A DNA stretch of 63,802 nt, filler included, from Octopus bimaculoides (lineage: Eukaryota): the NCBI RefSeq assembly GCF_001194135.2. It is 9 parts of 7 records of this genome, joined end to end, with 100 filler letters (N's around TTAATTAATTAA, not from the genome) between each part and the next. Parts side by side here need not be neighbours in the genome. Positions count along the whole stretch, not along the records: positions 34,396 to 42,957 come from NC_068992.1; positions 43,058 to 58,777 come from NC_069003.1; 7 more parts are not named here. One strand, given 5' to 3'. Position 1 is the first letter of the stretch. Every line of letters starts with the position of its first letter. Positions 40,723-52,575 of the stretch are shown here, piece by piece. The notes under the pieces were generated by a model that did no database searches, was not told the origin of the DNA, and was given only the letters and a program-made list of their open reading frames with translations. The position numbers were made by a program, and so were the translations under genes.

Positions 40723-40907
40723 NNNNNNNNNNNNNNNNNNNNNNNNNNNNNNNNNNNNNNNNNNNNNNNNNNNNNNNNNNNNNNNNNNNNNNNNNNNNNN
40801 NNNNNNNNNNNNNNNNNNNNNNNNNNNNNNNNNNNNNNNNNGTACATGATACATAAGTGAGTATATACATGAGTATGTGTATGCATACACACAGTCGCAC
40901 ACTCGGT

Positions 40908-40951
<44 letters not shown>

Positions 40952-41890
40952 GAGGCTGGAACCTTCCAGCCAGTTAGAAGCACCTTGGTCATCAACAGAA
41001 ATATCACCTACTCGATGTGGTCGAATATTCCACAGACACGTGTGATTTAGCTTAATTTTCATTTCCTATTAACGTAACACTATAAGACAAACGTCGGACG
41101 TTTGAATTTGCTGGTAAATCCATCTAATGTGCTTCCGTACAGTCTCCCTTTAGACAAGGTCACTGACGATTCTTGGTCAACTTGAGGTTATTGTGAAAAA
41201 CATTTACCTTTGACACCGTGAAGGTCGAACGAACACTGAACTTTCTAACTATTCCCTGAATTTAAATATTGTCCGACTGGCTCAACAGAATAAAAACATG
41301 CAACCAGTTCTGCCATTGCTACAGCAGCGACCTCGTGTTTGAATTGGTTTACATGTGTTCATGTCAGGCAATAAAATATGGCAATTTTGGCCAAGAGTTC
41401 ATATTTCCTGTAGATTGTTCTCTTTTGATATGTGAGATCTCTGTTTTGATAAGTTAGAATTTGAAGAAGACTTGGCAAATAACAGGAATCACACATGTCA
41501 ACACACAAAGAATTAAAGTAGATCGTTTAAATGATTTCTCTTTGAGTTCTAATATATTCTTCATTGAAATGGTTTGTATGAACAGAGACGTCGTGTTATA
41601 AATTTAAATGATTTTTCTAAAAATTCACGTCTGTAACAAATTTTAGATCAGCATTAACAACTTGTTGATTATATCTCTTAGAGATTAGTCAAGATTGACA
41701 ATTTTAAATTCGAAATGCAAATATATATTTTTTCTATTACCATAATTGCAGCAGCAAAATGTAAATTAGAAATAAAATTATCTGTTGTAAATGAAAGTAT
41801 AAATTTAACGGACGCTTCTCAACTCATACTCTCATTTTCTCTTGCCTATCTAGCTATCTATCTATCTATCTACCTCTTTACACACACACA

Positions 41891-41967
41891 CACACGCGCA
41901 CACACGCGCACACACGCGCACACACGCGCACACACGCGCACACACGCGCACACACGCGCACACACGC
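41891..41967. repeat. (CACACGCGCA)7 perfect decamer tandem repeat
   Basis: Seven exact copies at 41891-41960 plus a partial copy. Confidence 0.95.
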
Positions 41968-42366
41968 ATACTTGCATAAATATTCACAGTATGACCATAT
42001 ACGATAAAGTGAGTCGTAAAACTTCCACTGACTTAAATTATCCAAACCTTTAGTAGAAGAATCTCCAACGGAATAAAAGAAGATAATCCCTGTCAGATCA
42101 GACGATTGAAATTGTGTATCATATAGGCAATACCAATTGGACTGCGTCTGGTTTTTCAAAGTAATGTGGTGATAATAATGGACGTTTCACTCTTAACCCA
42201 CAACAAAGGAACATATTCTACTTAATATTGAAAGGTAATCGATAGAAATAAAAAGAGGAGGAATTTTCAACGCGAATAGTATCATATACGTATAAGGTAT
42301 ATGTGCATACATTTGCAAAAAACGCGCACTTACATATACATATACGAATGTATATACATATGTGTC

Positions 42367-42413
<47 letters not shown>

Positions 42414-43057
42414 CAAGCACTGAGATTTTAAACAAGATGTCACTATTGTTAATATCATTTGTGGATAAAATTTTAAATTGATGGTATCAACAGTAGTAAT
42501 ACATGTGGTTCGGAGGCAAAAAGCATTATTTAGCTATAAATTACTAAATTACCTTCGAGCGTACGGATGCAGAAAACCATAAACCTGCAAGAAATAAGAG
42601 CTAAACTCTTAATTAAACTACCGTAAAGCACCAAGATAACAGAGAAATAACAGTAGGAAGGGAAACGGAAAGAGTTAGTGCATTCAAAAAATAAAACCGG
42701 AGAAATGATGCACAAATACAAATGTAAACAACAAGACATTAACAACAGGTGTATTTCGACTAAGGACGAATTAGATTAAGTTGGCGTGTGCGGAAGTGTA
42801 GCCTTACGGCAGGGACATGAGGGACATGGGAAGCAATATAGATGTTGCAAGGATGGTAGTCAAACCAAGAGAGAAAGGTCAGGCTTGGTCGAACACCGGT
42901 CACGTCGAGGGAGAGGAGAGTGATAGAAGCAGAGGGATAGAAGAATTAGGGGGGGGGNNNNNNNNNNNNNNNNNNNNNNNNNNNNNNNNNNNNNNNNNNN
43001 NTTAATTAATTAANNNNNNNNNNNNNNNNNNNNNNNNNNNNNNNNNNNNNNNNNNNN

Positions 43058-43101
<44 letters not shown>

Positions 43102-43474
43102 CATACATACATACATACACACATATACATAAATACATATACGTGTGTGTATGTGTGTATGTATCTATGTTTGTGTGTGTTTGTGTTTGTCTTCCACAAC
43201 CACCTAACAACTGGCATTGGTTTGTTTACATCCCTGTGACCTTAGCGGTTTGCCAAAACAGACTGGTAGAGAATAATTAACAGGCTTAAAAATAAGTACT
43301 CAAGTCAATTCATTCAGCTAAAATCTTTCAAAGTGATGATCCAGTATGACCACTGTCCAATGACTGAAACAAGTAAAAGATAAAAGCTTTAGTCGACTGG
43401 GAAGAGAGAACCCATGATCCTTTATGGGGCCTCCATGACTGTAGGGTTTAAAGTTTTGCATCTATTGGCTGTTG

Positions 43475-43534
43475 CTTTGCATATCTTTGCTTTGCATATC
43501 TTTGCTTTGCATATCTTTGCTTTGCATATCTTTG
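43475..43534. repeat. (CTTTGCATATCTTTG)4 perfect 15-bp tandem repeat
   Basis: Four exact copies; produces the QRYAK repeat in ORF 43448-43720(-). Confidence 0.95.
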
Positions 43535-44039
43535 AGAGACATGTAGTGTAACAATGAACATTTTAACTTGTCTGGATAACAACAAGTTTTCACTTTGTTT
43601 TAGAGTCGAAAAGTGAATGACTGATGGGAGAGAGAAATGGAGGAAGGAAGAAGATATGCTCAAACTGGAGACAGCCTGAATGCTTGCCACAGAGCTGACT
43701 TCTCCACTAACAGCACACAAGGACCATGCAGTAGTGTTGAAGTGAGCAACAGATCAAGTCTATCACCCATAGACCACAGTGGTATTTGAACTCAGAATAC
43801 AAAGAGCTAGAAAAAAACACCATAATAGTATTCCCTCAGACCATCTTAACAATTCCACCCATTCATTGCCCCTTCAATCGGCACTTCATTTATTGAGCCC
43901 CAGAAGGATGAAGGCCAATGTTGTCCTTGGCAAGATTCAAATTCAGAACATAAAAAGATGGGGATAAAAAACAAAATACTGTAAAGCATTTCATCCAAAC
44001 AACTTAATGATTCTGCAAGTTCATTGCTATAAATTCATC

Positions 44040-44320
44040 ATCATCATTGTTTAATGTCCATTTTCCATGCTGGCATGAGTTAGACAGCTTGAAAGGAACT
44101 AGTAAGGCCAGGGTTTGCACCAGGTTCCATTGTCTGTTTTGACATGGTTTCTATGGGTGGATGCCCTTCCTAATGCCAACCACTCCACAGAGTGTTCTGA
44201 GTGTCTTTTATGTGGCACCATCACCAGTGCTCTTTAACTGACACTAGCACCAATGCTTTTTATGTGGTACCAGCTCCCACACCAATGCTTTTTACATGGC
44301 ACCTTCATTTTAGGATCTCA
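44040..44320 (-). mobile_element. RTE-type 3' tail
   Basis: catcatcattgtttaatgtccattttccatgctggcatg...ggatgcccttcctaatgccaaccactcc. Confidence 0.8.
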
Positions 44321-44821
44321 ATTCTGTTGTGGTGGGCAGATCCAATATTTTATTTATTCAGTCCTGGAAGGATGAAAAGTAAAGACAACCTTGCTAATAT
44401 TCAAACTCAAAGTATAAAATGCCAGAAAATACCACATTTTGTCAGATGCTCTAACGCTTCTACCAACTTGCTGTCTAGAATGAAACTAAATGTGTAAATC
44501 AGTCATATGCAAGCTGCAGCTCACAGGTTGCAGTTTGCAAAAAGTGACATTGAATTTTCTATAGTAATGTGGCCTGCTTTCTTGAGGATGAGCCATGTTT
44601 CATGTGGTCCAATTCTAGAAAAAGGTAGCTAATACCTGGTGTAAATGGAGGGTTAATGAAGAGTTGATAAAACAGACAAGGTGGCTATTTTAATTTATTC
44701 ACATACATACACACACAACCATGCACACATAAATATACAAAAAAAGAGCCACAACCATTAAAAAGACTATTAAGGTTTTATTACTTTTAAAATCAGTGAA
44801 GCTGAAAATTTCCATACCATT

Positions 44822-44908
<87 letters not shown>

Positions 44909-45047
44909 CATCTATATATGGTTCTCTAATTTCTGAGTAGCAGGATGTTTCTTAAATTTAGGGTAATTATAAATATGATATCTTAAGGAAGGCAAGATGA
45001 GCCACTGGAATTGACCCCATTATGTGTGTGTGTGTAGGATAATTAAT

Positions 45048-45372
45048 GGGTAAAGACCGCTTTCAGTCATGCATGACCATGGGATTGCACCTAGAAAGTT
45101 CCCCTCCTAGGCACAAGTCCAGGCAAGATTGTTTATGGAAAACCAACAGTTTCCCATGCATACCAACTTCCCCTCTCCAGGCCACCAATGTTATCCAAGG
45201 GAAGGACAAAGACCTGCACAGCTTAGCACCAGTGATATTGCAATTCATTTCTACAGCTGAGTGAACTGGAGCAATGTGAAATAAAGTGTCTTGTTCAAGA
45301 ATACAACACACAGCCCAGTCTCAGAATCAAACTCACTACCTCATTATTGTGAGCCCAACGCTCTAACCACTG
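45048..45372 (-). mobile_element. tRNA/CORE-like SINE with an alternative 3' module
   Basis: Minus strand head gtggttagagcgttgggc...gtgttgtattcttgaacaagacactttatttcac, followed by a module ending gtgcaatcccatggtcatgcatgac. Confidence 0.7.
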
Positions 45373-45776
45373 TACAAAAGATATGTTTTTCATTATCCAA
45401 TATTTAAGTTCTTTTAAGCTTACATCTAAACTACTGCATTAACAGACACAGTATTAGTTTTAACCCCATCAAAAGTTTATAAGAATTTTATGTTTTTTTT
45501 TTAATCTTTTGGAGAAAAACAAAAGAAAGATTAAATAATTTAAACATTTATTTTTCTTTTAGGTGAAATAAATTTAGTAAAATGTGAAAATCCTATAAAA
45601 CATTTCAAAAATTCAAATATCCATCTTAGAAATTTTAAGAAATGCTTTTAACTTTTCAATACCAAATTATTTCAGGTTACATTGTTAATTGGCCACGTGA
45701 TTCTGTTACTAAAATATTTCATTTTGATATTTTTGTAATGAGTTAATCCTCATTCCTTATGACATCAAGAAGTTAA

Positions 45777-46015
45777 TCCTTTTGATACCAAACTGTTTGA
45801 GACCAACCCTAGTTCTCTAATATAAACTTGCTGTTTTAAAGTGATCTAAATTCAGAGCTGATATCAAAATTCCATGTTAATTTTTTATGTTCAAAACACC
45901 AGCTTCATAATGATGATAATAATAATAATGATGATGATGATGATGATGATGATAGTATGCTAAATTCTTCATTATATCCAAAATTAACTGAAACAGAAAT
46001 ATGGTAACAAAAGGG
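45777..46015. mobile_element. piggyBac-type MITE (239 bp)
   Basis: TTAA (45773-45776) | (c>t)ccttttgatacca ... tggtaacaaaaggg | TTAA (46016-46019). Confidence 0.75.
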
Positions 46016-46340
46016 TTAAATGAGTTCCTGATTATAAAAAAAAATGTTCTATCAAGCACACATACGCCTATATGCATATAAAAGTGCTTTATTTTAATAT
46101 TTCAAAGATAAAAGAAAACTCTACTGCAGCAAAGATACATCAACGTCAAGACTAAATCTATAAATATATAATGTTTCTAAGCAGAACTACTTTATGTCAT
46201 TTAGAAGGGTAAAAAATAAGAAAAAAAAAAATAGTATAGTTTGTTTTGCTTAATCTATTTAGTAAATAAATTCAAAATATCAACAAATGATTAAATGTAT
46301 ATATATATATATATATATATTTCTGCTGCTTTTAAATAAA

Positions 46341-46376
<36 letters not shown>

Positions 46377-46462
46377 NNNNNNNNNNNNNNNNNNNNNNNN
46401 NNNNNNNNNNNNNNNNNNNNNNNNNNNNNNNNNNNNNNNNNNNNNNNNNNNNNNNNNNNNNN

Positions 46463-46527
<65 letters not shown>

Positions 46528-46965
46528 CGTGCACATGTGCGTGTGTGTGCATGCATGTGTGTGTGTTGAAAATTGGATAGTAGCACAACAAAGGAATGAA
46601 TGGAAAATTCACACACAAGACATGCACATGTTTTTTTCCTCTTTAGTTATTGTCCAAAGCATCATTATAATTTCATGCCTTCAGCGATAATATTATTCAT
46701 TTTTGGTGGGGTCAACAGCAAAAAAGCTGCTGAGAATAATGAGCAAATGTGGGAGACAGTGATGAAAAGGAACACAGCACAAGTTGTGGGTACATATATA
46801 AATATAAATATACAAACAAAATAAAAGTTGTGCAGCTCTGAAACATGACAAGACGTATAAGTGTGCAATGTAATGGAAAATGATGTCCTATATATAGGAC
46901 TGGAAAAGGAAAGTGGGGAGATGAAAAGATAGAACGAAAGCAGGAAAAAAAGATGAACCCCTTGT

Positions 46966-47258
46966 TATATACATATGGTGGTTGTCTACTCCTTAAACAG
47001 AGTTTGACCACCTCCTGCACCTACACCTTAGCCCTTTCATGGCGTCTGATGTGGCTTTTTAAACCAGACAGTGTTTTGAAAAAACACCCACACAGATTGC
47101 ACCTCTGATTTGCACTACCAATACCTGCAAGTAAGTTCTGCTCATTGTGGATCCTAACATGCCTTTTAAGACCCCCATTGGATTTGCAAACCCTCTGGCA
47201 CACACCACATTCAAACGTGTGCACAGACATATAATCAGAATAGCTGGGTGAGGTTTGT
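46966..47258 (-). mobile_element. Probable LINE 3' end (RTE-like) encoding two C2H2 zinc fingers
   Basis: CGVCQRVCKSNGGLKRHVRIH and CNLCGCFFKTLSGLKSHIRRH, stop at 47021, then a very short UTR ending caaccaccatatgtatataac; upstream sequence is lost in a gap. Confidence 0.6.
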
Positions 47259-47418
47259 NNNNNNNNNNTATATATATATATATATATCGGAGAGTATTGT
47301 AGTTTTCTTGAAGCATTGTGTATTGTTTGTAAAATATAATGTCTTGAATGGCACAACAATGCACTCTAATAACAACAATGGACTATAATAACTGTTATAA
47401 TTTAATCATCCATAGTCT

Positions 47419-47462
47419 GATATAATATTTCAGAATACAAAAATTCCTTCTTCAGATATCCC
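47419..47462 (-). ncRNA. Hammerhead motif in the inverted pLTR
   Basis: GAUAU-CUGAAGA-A-GGAAU/AUUCU-GAAA-UA-UU-AUAUC: 5-bp stem I; closing pair of stem II decayed to G.U. Confidence 0.55.
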
Positions 47463-47698
47463 TAGGAATTGATCGAATCACTGCTATAATTGGTTTTCCA
47501 ACAGTTATTATTTTCCGGAAGTGTCTTTGCAGTCATCTCATGAAGCTCCTTCCAGAATTCCTCATGAGAAGTGCGTGAGGCCGGCCATGTATCGAGCTTG
47601 TGTGTGTTGGTACATCCATGGCACTGCTTCTAAGTTATATATTATTCGACTTGGAAGCCAACTCTTGTCAAACAGCCTACTAACTCAAATGTCTATCG

Positions 47699-49470
47699 GT
47701 GATAAAGAACAACAACAACACACTCAGCAAATTTCCCATGTACCAACTAGACCATCCACTCCACCCACCCCCAACCAGCCAAGAACTCTACCACAAACTA
47801 TTCAGACTGAAACAGTCTAATTCCAACATCTTAAGGAAAGAATCGAAAATAATACCAAACTTAACCAAGGTGCAACATAAAATATTGAGAAAACTAAAAA
47901 ACAAAATCTTTATCTACTTACCAATCAGATAAAGGGAAAGAAATCTGCATGATTTCTTGTGAAATATATGATAGACTGGCACTAGAACATTTAAGCAATG
48001 ACAGACTATATTCTAAAGTGACAGATACAACCATGACCAGGATTGAGGACCGAATTAACACCGCATGGACTGACATCTGTAGAAGGAAACAACCACATAG
48101 CAAATACAAGAATTTCATCACAAAAAACAGTAGATTACCCAACAAGGATAGCAATACGATCCAGATTAGACCCATCGTCTCCAGCATGGAAAGACCTCTA
48201 TATAAAATATCCTGGCTACTTTCTCACATCCCAAAACTCATACTCTCCACCTTTCCTGGACACATCAAGAACTCTGACAAAGTCATCAAAAGACTGCACC
48301 AATTGCCCCCAGACCAACTCAGGCAAAACAGATATGCCTTTAGTCTTGACGTTGTCTCAATGTACACAACAGTACCAGCACACTCGGTGGTCAACCTATT
48401 GACTGACTGCATGATAACATCCGACATCCAATGCTTCGGACTTACCGCAGCTGATATACATCAATTTTTGTCCATCATCGTGGACAACACCTACTTCTCT
48501 TTCCATAATCACATATACAAACAGACAACAGGGCTCCTCATTGGATCCAGTCTCTTGAGCCTACTAGCCATCACATATATGAACCATCTGAAATGTCGAG
48601 CACTCAACATCTGCCACTCATGCGCCTTCTTCACCAGGTACGTAGATGACATCCTCATACTCACAACCTCCCGTGGACATGAACATAAATTTCACTATAG
48701 AACATCCCAACAACACTGGATCACTATCACTATTTGACTTCCAACTGAAAATAATGGAAGAAGGAGAAATTCACACCAAGTTCTACGGGAAAGCAGCCAG
48801 TAGAGATATGTTTGTTCAGTACAGTTCAGCACTTCAACTCAGTGCCAAAATAGGATACACCAGAAATGAACTTGTACACATCCAGAGCAAGTGCAGCAGG
48901 ACAGAGGACAAGGTGACCCACACTACATGCTTCCTAGAGAAATTGAAAACCAACAGGTACCCTTTATCCATTGTAAATTGACTTAAGTACCCAAGACGAC
49001 AAACACGCTAAACATACAGAAAATCCAGCAACACATGCTTCCTTAAAATACCTCATTTTAATGAGAGGATAACTACAGCTATCTGAAGAGCCATAAGAAA
49101 AAAAGGACTAGACATACAACTAGCCCACTCCGGCCCCTCTCTGAGAGGACACCTCGCAAAGAAACGAGTAAGGGACAGCAATCAATGCACGCTAACAAAC
49201 TGTCCCACAGATTTATTTCAACAGATTTATTTCAACAAATGCAATAAGTTCTATGTGGGTAGCACAACAAGAACGTTACATATTCGCATCAAAGAACATC
49301 TCAACACGAGAGCCTCCTCCTTCAGAAAACATCTAAACAGATGTTAGAACACCAACAAAAGCATATCAGTCTCAACTGAGGCCAATGAAAGAAATTTAGA
49401 TAATCTAAGAATTAAGGAAGCTATCCTCATAGACAGACTAGGGCCCCAAATTAACAACAGGCTGGAGGCT
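47699..49470 (+). pseudogene. Penelope RT + GIY-YIG endonuclease pseudogene
   Basis: PNLT...L..L....I...SDKG, IRPIVSS, SLDVVSMYT, YKQTTGLLIGS, RYVDDILI, NFTIEH, KIPHFNE, FYVGSTTRTLHIRIKEH, LRIKEAILI; several frameshifts; first GIY segment deleted at a tandem acagatttatttca duplication (~49208-49235). Confidence 0.92.
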
Positions 49471-49775
49471 GGTAATCAATATATTATTTTGCTACATCTG
49501 GATGTGTGTAGGTTCATCTTTGATAACATGTTCATGTATTATTTATAAAAAAAAAAAAGGAAAAGAAAGAAAAAGAAAAAAAAGTAACTGCATGTATATA
49601 ACTTAGAAGCAGCGCAATGGATGTGCCAGCACACATGAGCTTGAGACATGGCTGCCTTCATGCACTTCTCATGAGGAATTCTTGAAGGAGTTTTGTGAGA
49701 CCACTGTGAGACGATTCCAGAAAAAAATAAGAAACATTGAAAAACCGATTATAGCAGTGACTTGATCAATTCCTA

Positions 49776-49820
49776 GGGATATCTGAAGAAGGAATTTTTA
49801 TATTCCGAAATATTATATAG
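49776..49820 (+). ncRNA. Hammerhead motif in the 3' pLTR
   Basis: AUAU-CUGAAGA-A-GGAAU/AUUCC-GAAA-UA-UU-AUAU. Confidence 0.6.
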
Positions 49821-50084
49821 AGATTTTATTATAACAGTTATTATAATCCATTGTTGTTATTATAATGCATTGCTGTGCCATTCAAGACACATTATATTTA
49901 TATATTGTTTTACTCATTTCAGTCATTTGACTGCAGCTCTACTGGTGCATTGCCTGGAAGGGCTTTTAGTTGAACAAATCGACTCCAGGACTTATTTAAA
50001 GTCAAGTACTTATTCTATCAGTTTCTTTTTCTGTACCGCTAAGTTACAGGGACATAAACAAGCCAACACCGGTTGACGTGTGGT

Positions 50085-50148
50085 GTTGAACTCGGAACCA
50101 TGTGGTTGGGAAGTAAGCTTCTTACCACACAGCTATGCCTGCACCTAC

Positions 50149-50190
<42 letters not shown>

Positions 50191-50470
50191 AACCTTTCTT
50201 CATCTGGCACAAGATCATCTCTCCAATGCCCGCTCCCCTCTCAAAGATTCCTTGTTTTGTAAAGTTACTTATTTGGTGACCCTGCCAGTCCAGGTGCCTC
50301 TTAAAAAGCAGCCATTTCATGTTGTAAAGTGGTTGGCATTTGAAAGGGCATCCAGTTGGGAAAACCATGCCAAAACTGATCTCACCTGCGCTGCTGCCAC
50401 ATAAAAAGCTCTCAGCCCATTGTACAGGGTAGTTGGTGTTCGGGAGGGCATCCAACTGTAAAAATCCATA
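50085..50470. repeat. Composite repeat (SINE head, microsatellite, doubled RTE-tail module), left copy
   Basis: Reverse complement of ~51400-51770 across the SINE/microsatellite junction. Confidence 0.8.
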
Positions 50471-50852
50471 TATATAGTGTTTACGAGTAGAGAAAGCTTT
50501 CAACAATAGCCAGTGGTTATCTCACACTGAGGGCAGGTAAATACCCAGAAACCATGTAAGGCTGGAGATGGGAGTGATGACCTCCCTTGAAAACACTACA
50601 TGGACACAGACTCTGTCGATAGCCAGCTGGAAAAGATGTCCTTCATAGGACTGCCACATTCTGTTGGCAAATTAACTTTACTATTCAGTACTGTTACTGT
50701 ATACCTCTCACTGAGAATTTAAAACATGTTTTTATTAAAGCTGAACATAAAAACAAACATTAATAGGTATGCATGTATGTAATTATGTATGTATGTATGT
50801 ATGCATGGATACACACACACACATTTATATATATATGTGTATATGTGTGTAT

Positions 50853-50896
<44 letters not shown>

Positions 50897-50920
50897 ACAC
50901 ACACACATAAAGGCGTCGAG

Positions 50921-51170
50921 CTGGCAGAAACATTAGCACACAGGGTGAAATGCTTAGCGATATTTCATATGCCGTTACGTTCTGAGTTTAAATTCCGCCA
51001 AGGTTGACTTTGCCTTTCATCCTTTCAGGGTCAATAAATTAAGTACCAGTTACACAATTAGGTCGATTAATCGACCCCAGTGTGTATCCATACATGCAAT
51101 CGACTTAATCTCTTTGTCTGTCCTTGTTTGTCCCCTCTATGTTTAGCCCCTTGTGGGCAATAAAGAAATA
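50921..51170 (+). mobile_element. Meta-like tRNA SINE with an alternative AATAAA-containing tail
   Basis: ggcgtcgagctggcagaaacattagc...gagtttaaattccgcc...gcctttcatcctttcagggtcaataaattaagtaccag...gtttagccccttgtgggcaataaagaaata. Confidence 0.85.
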
Positions 51171-51329
51171 ACACATATATATATGTTCAGTTATTATAAA
51201 AACAATTTTAAGTTTATCTGATGGGTTACTCTTTATTTTTGTAGAGTACAAATTTATTATTCTCATATAAGAATGTTGTTGAGAGTGACTTTGAAGTTTC
51301 AGTTAGCTAAGGTATCACTGTATATCATC

Positions 51330-51845
51330 ATCATGATCATCTTTTAATGTCCTCTTTCCATGCTGTATGGTTTGGATGGTTTGGCAGGAGTTGGCCAGGC
51401 AGAAGCCTACACTATACTTCCGGGTTTTTATGGCTGGATGCCCTTCTGGACACCAATCACCCAGCAGAGTGAGCTAAGAGATTTTTATGTGGCACCAGCA
51501 AATGCAAAGTCAGTTTTGGCATGGCTGTCACAGCTGGATACCCTTTCAAATGCCAACCACTTTACAGCATGGAATGGCTGCTTTTTTAGTAGCACCTGCG
51601 CTGTCAGGGTCACCAAGTAACTTTACGAAACAAGGAATCTTTGAGAGGGGAGGGGGCATTGGAGGAGATGATCATGTGCCAGATGAGGAAAGGTTACATA
51701 TATATATACAGGTGCAAGCATAGCTGTATGGTAAGAAGCTTGCTTCCAACCACATGCTTCCGGGTTCAGTCCCACTGCATGGCACCTTGAACAAGTGTCT
51801 TCTACTATAGCCTCAGGTCGACCAAAGAGTCTTGTGAGTGGATAT
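51330..51845. repeat. Composite repeat, right (inverted) copy, ending in a plus-strand CORE-like SINE head
   Basis: RTE tail in minus orientation at 51330-51600; SINE ggtaagaagcttgcttcc...gggttcagtcccactgcatggcaccttgaacaagtgtc at 51710-51845. Confidence 0.8.
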
Positions 51846-51890
51846 ATATATGTGTGTGTAATATAATATGTGACAATTATTCAGTTGCCA

Positions 51891-51952
51891 TAATATGACT
51901 CCGAGTTTCGGATGTTGGGGCGGAAAACTGCTCTGGCATCTCGTCAGTTATT
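51891..51952 (-). ncRNA. Type I hammerhead motif, left arm
   Basis: AAUAA-CUGACGA-GAUG...CAUC-C-GAAA-CUC-G-GAG-UC-AUAUU; first stem I pair mismatched. Confidence 0.75.
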
Positions 51953-52510
51953 GAGGCAATCAAAAAATGCTATGAAAATGACCGTTAAACAAAGGGAAAT
52001 TACTATGTTATTAAGACAAAAGAGCTATTAGAATGACCATTTATAAGGGGAAAAATACCAAAGAGGAGAAAGTAAACAAGTAAGGAAGTAAAAATCACTT
52101 AGGTACGCATGTACATTCATACACATGCTTGCACACACATGCACGTATATGTGCCTATATGCATATGCTCACTCACTCTCGTGTAAAACACATACATGCA
52201 CACCCACACATGCACCTATATATGCACATTTATATGCAACCATGCATGTACACATATGCATATCTGCACACACGTGTTTGAGTGAGCATATGCATATAGG
52301 CACATGTACATGGGTGTGCATGTGTGCATGTGTATGTATGTATATGTGCGCTTATGTGATTTTTACTTCCTTACTTATTTACTTTCTTCTCTGGTTATTT
52401 CCCTCTTATTTAACGGTCATTCTAATAGCTCTTTTGTCTTAATAACAGTCAATTACATAGTAATTTCCCTTTGTTTAATGGTCATTTCCATAGCATTTTT
52501 TGATTGCCTC

Positions 52511-52575
52511 GATAACTGATGAGATAGATGCCGGAGCAGTTTTCTGCCCTGACATCCGAAACTCAGAGTCTTATT
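52511..52575 (+). ncRNA. Type I hammerhead motif, right arm
   Basis: GAUAA-CUGAUGA-gaua-GAUG...GCAG-UUUU-CUGC...CAUC-C-GAAA-CUC-A-GAG-UC-UUAUU: full 5-bp stem I, GUC site, 4 extra nt before stem II. Confidence 0.78.

Larger units (their letters stand above)
47331..49899 (+). mobile_element. Penelope-like element with inverted pseudo-LTRs
   Basis: About 310-bp inverted repeats (47331-47641 and 49595-49899) flank a decayed RT + GIY-YIG ORF. Confidence 0.92.

Noticed and set aside
43645-43790. 48-codon purine-rich frame MEEGRRYAQTGDSL...
   Set aside because: No homology recognised; the apparent donor is the start of a SINE fragment.
50500-50660. Possible HDV-like fold on the minus strand (L3-like TCCATGT, GGAGT/ACTCC hairpin)
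   Set aside because: P3, P2 and J4/2 could not be assigned consistently.
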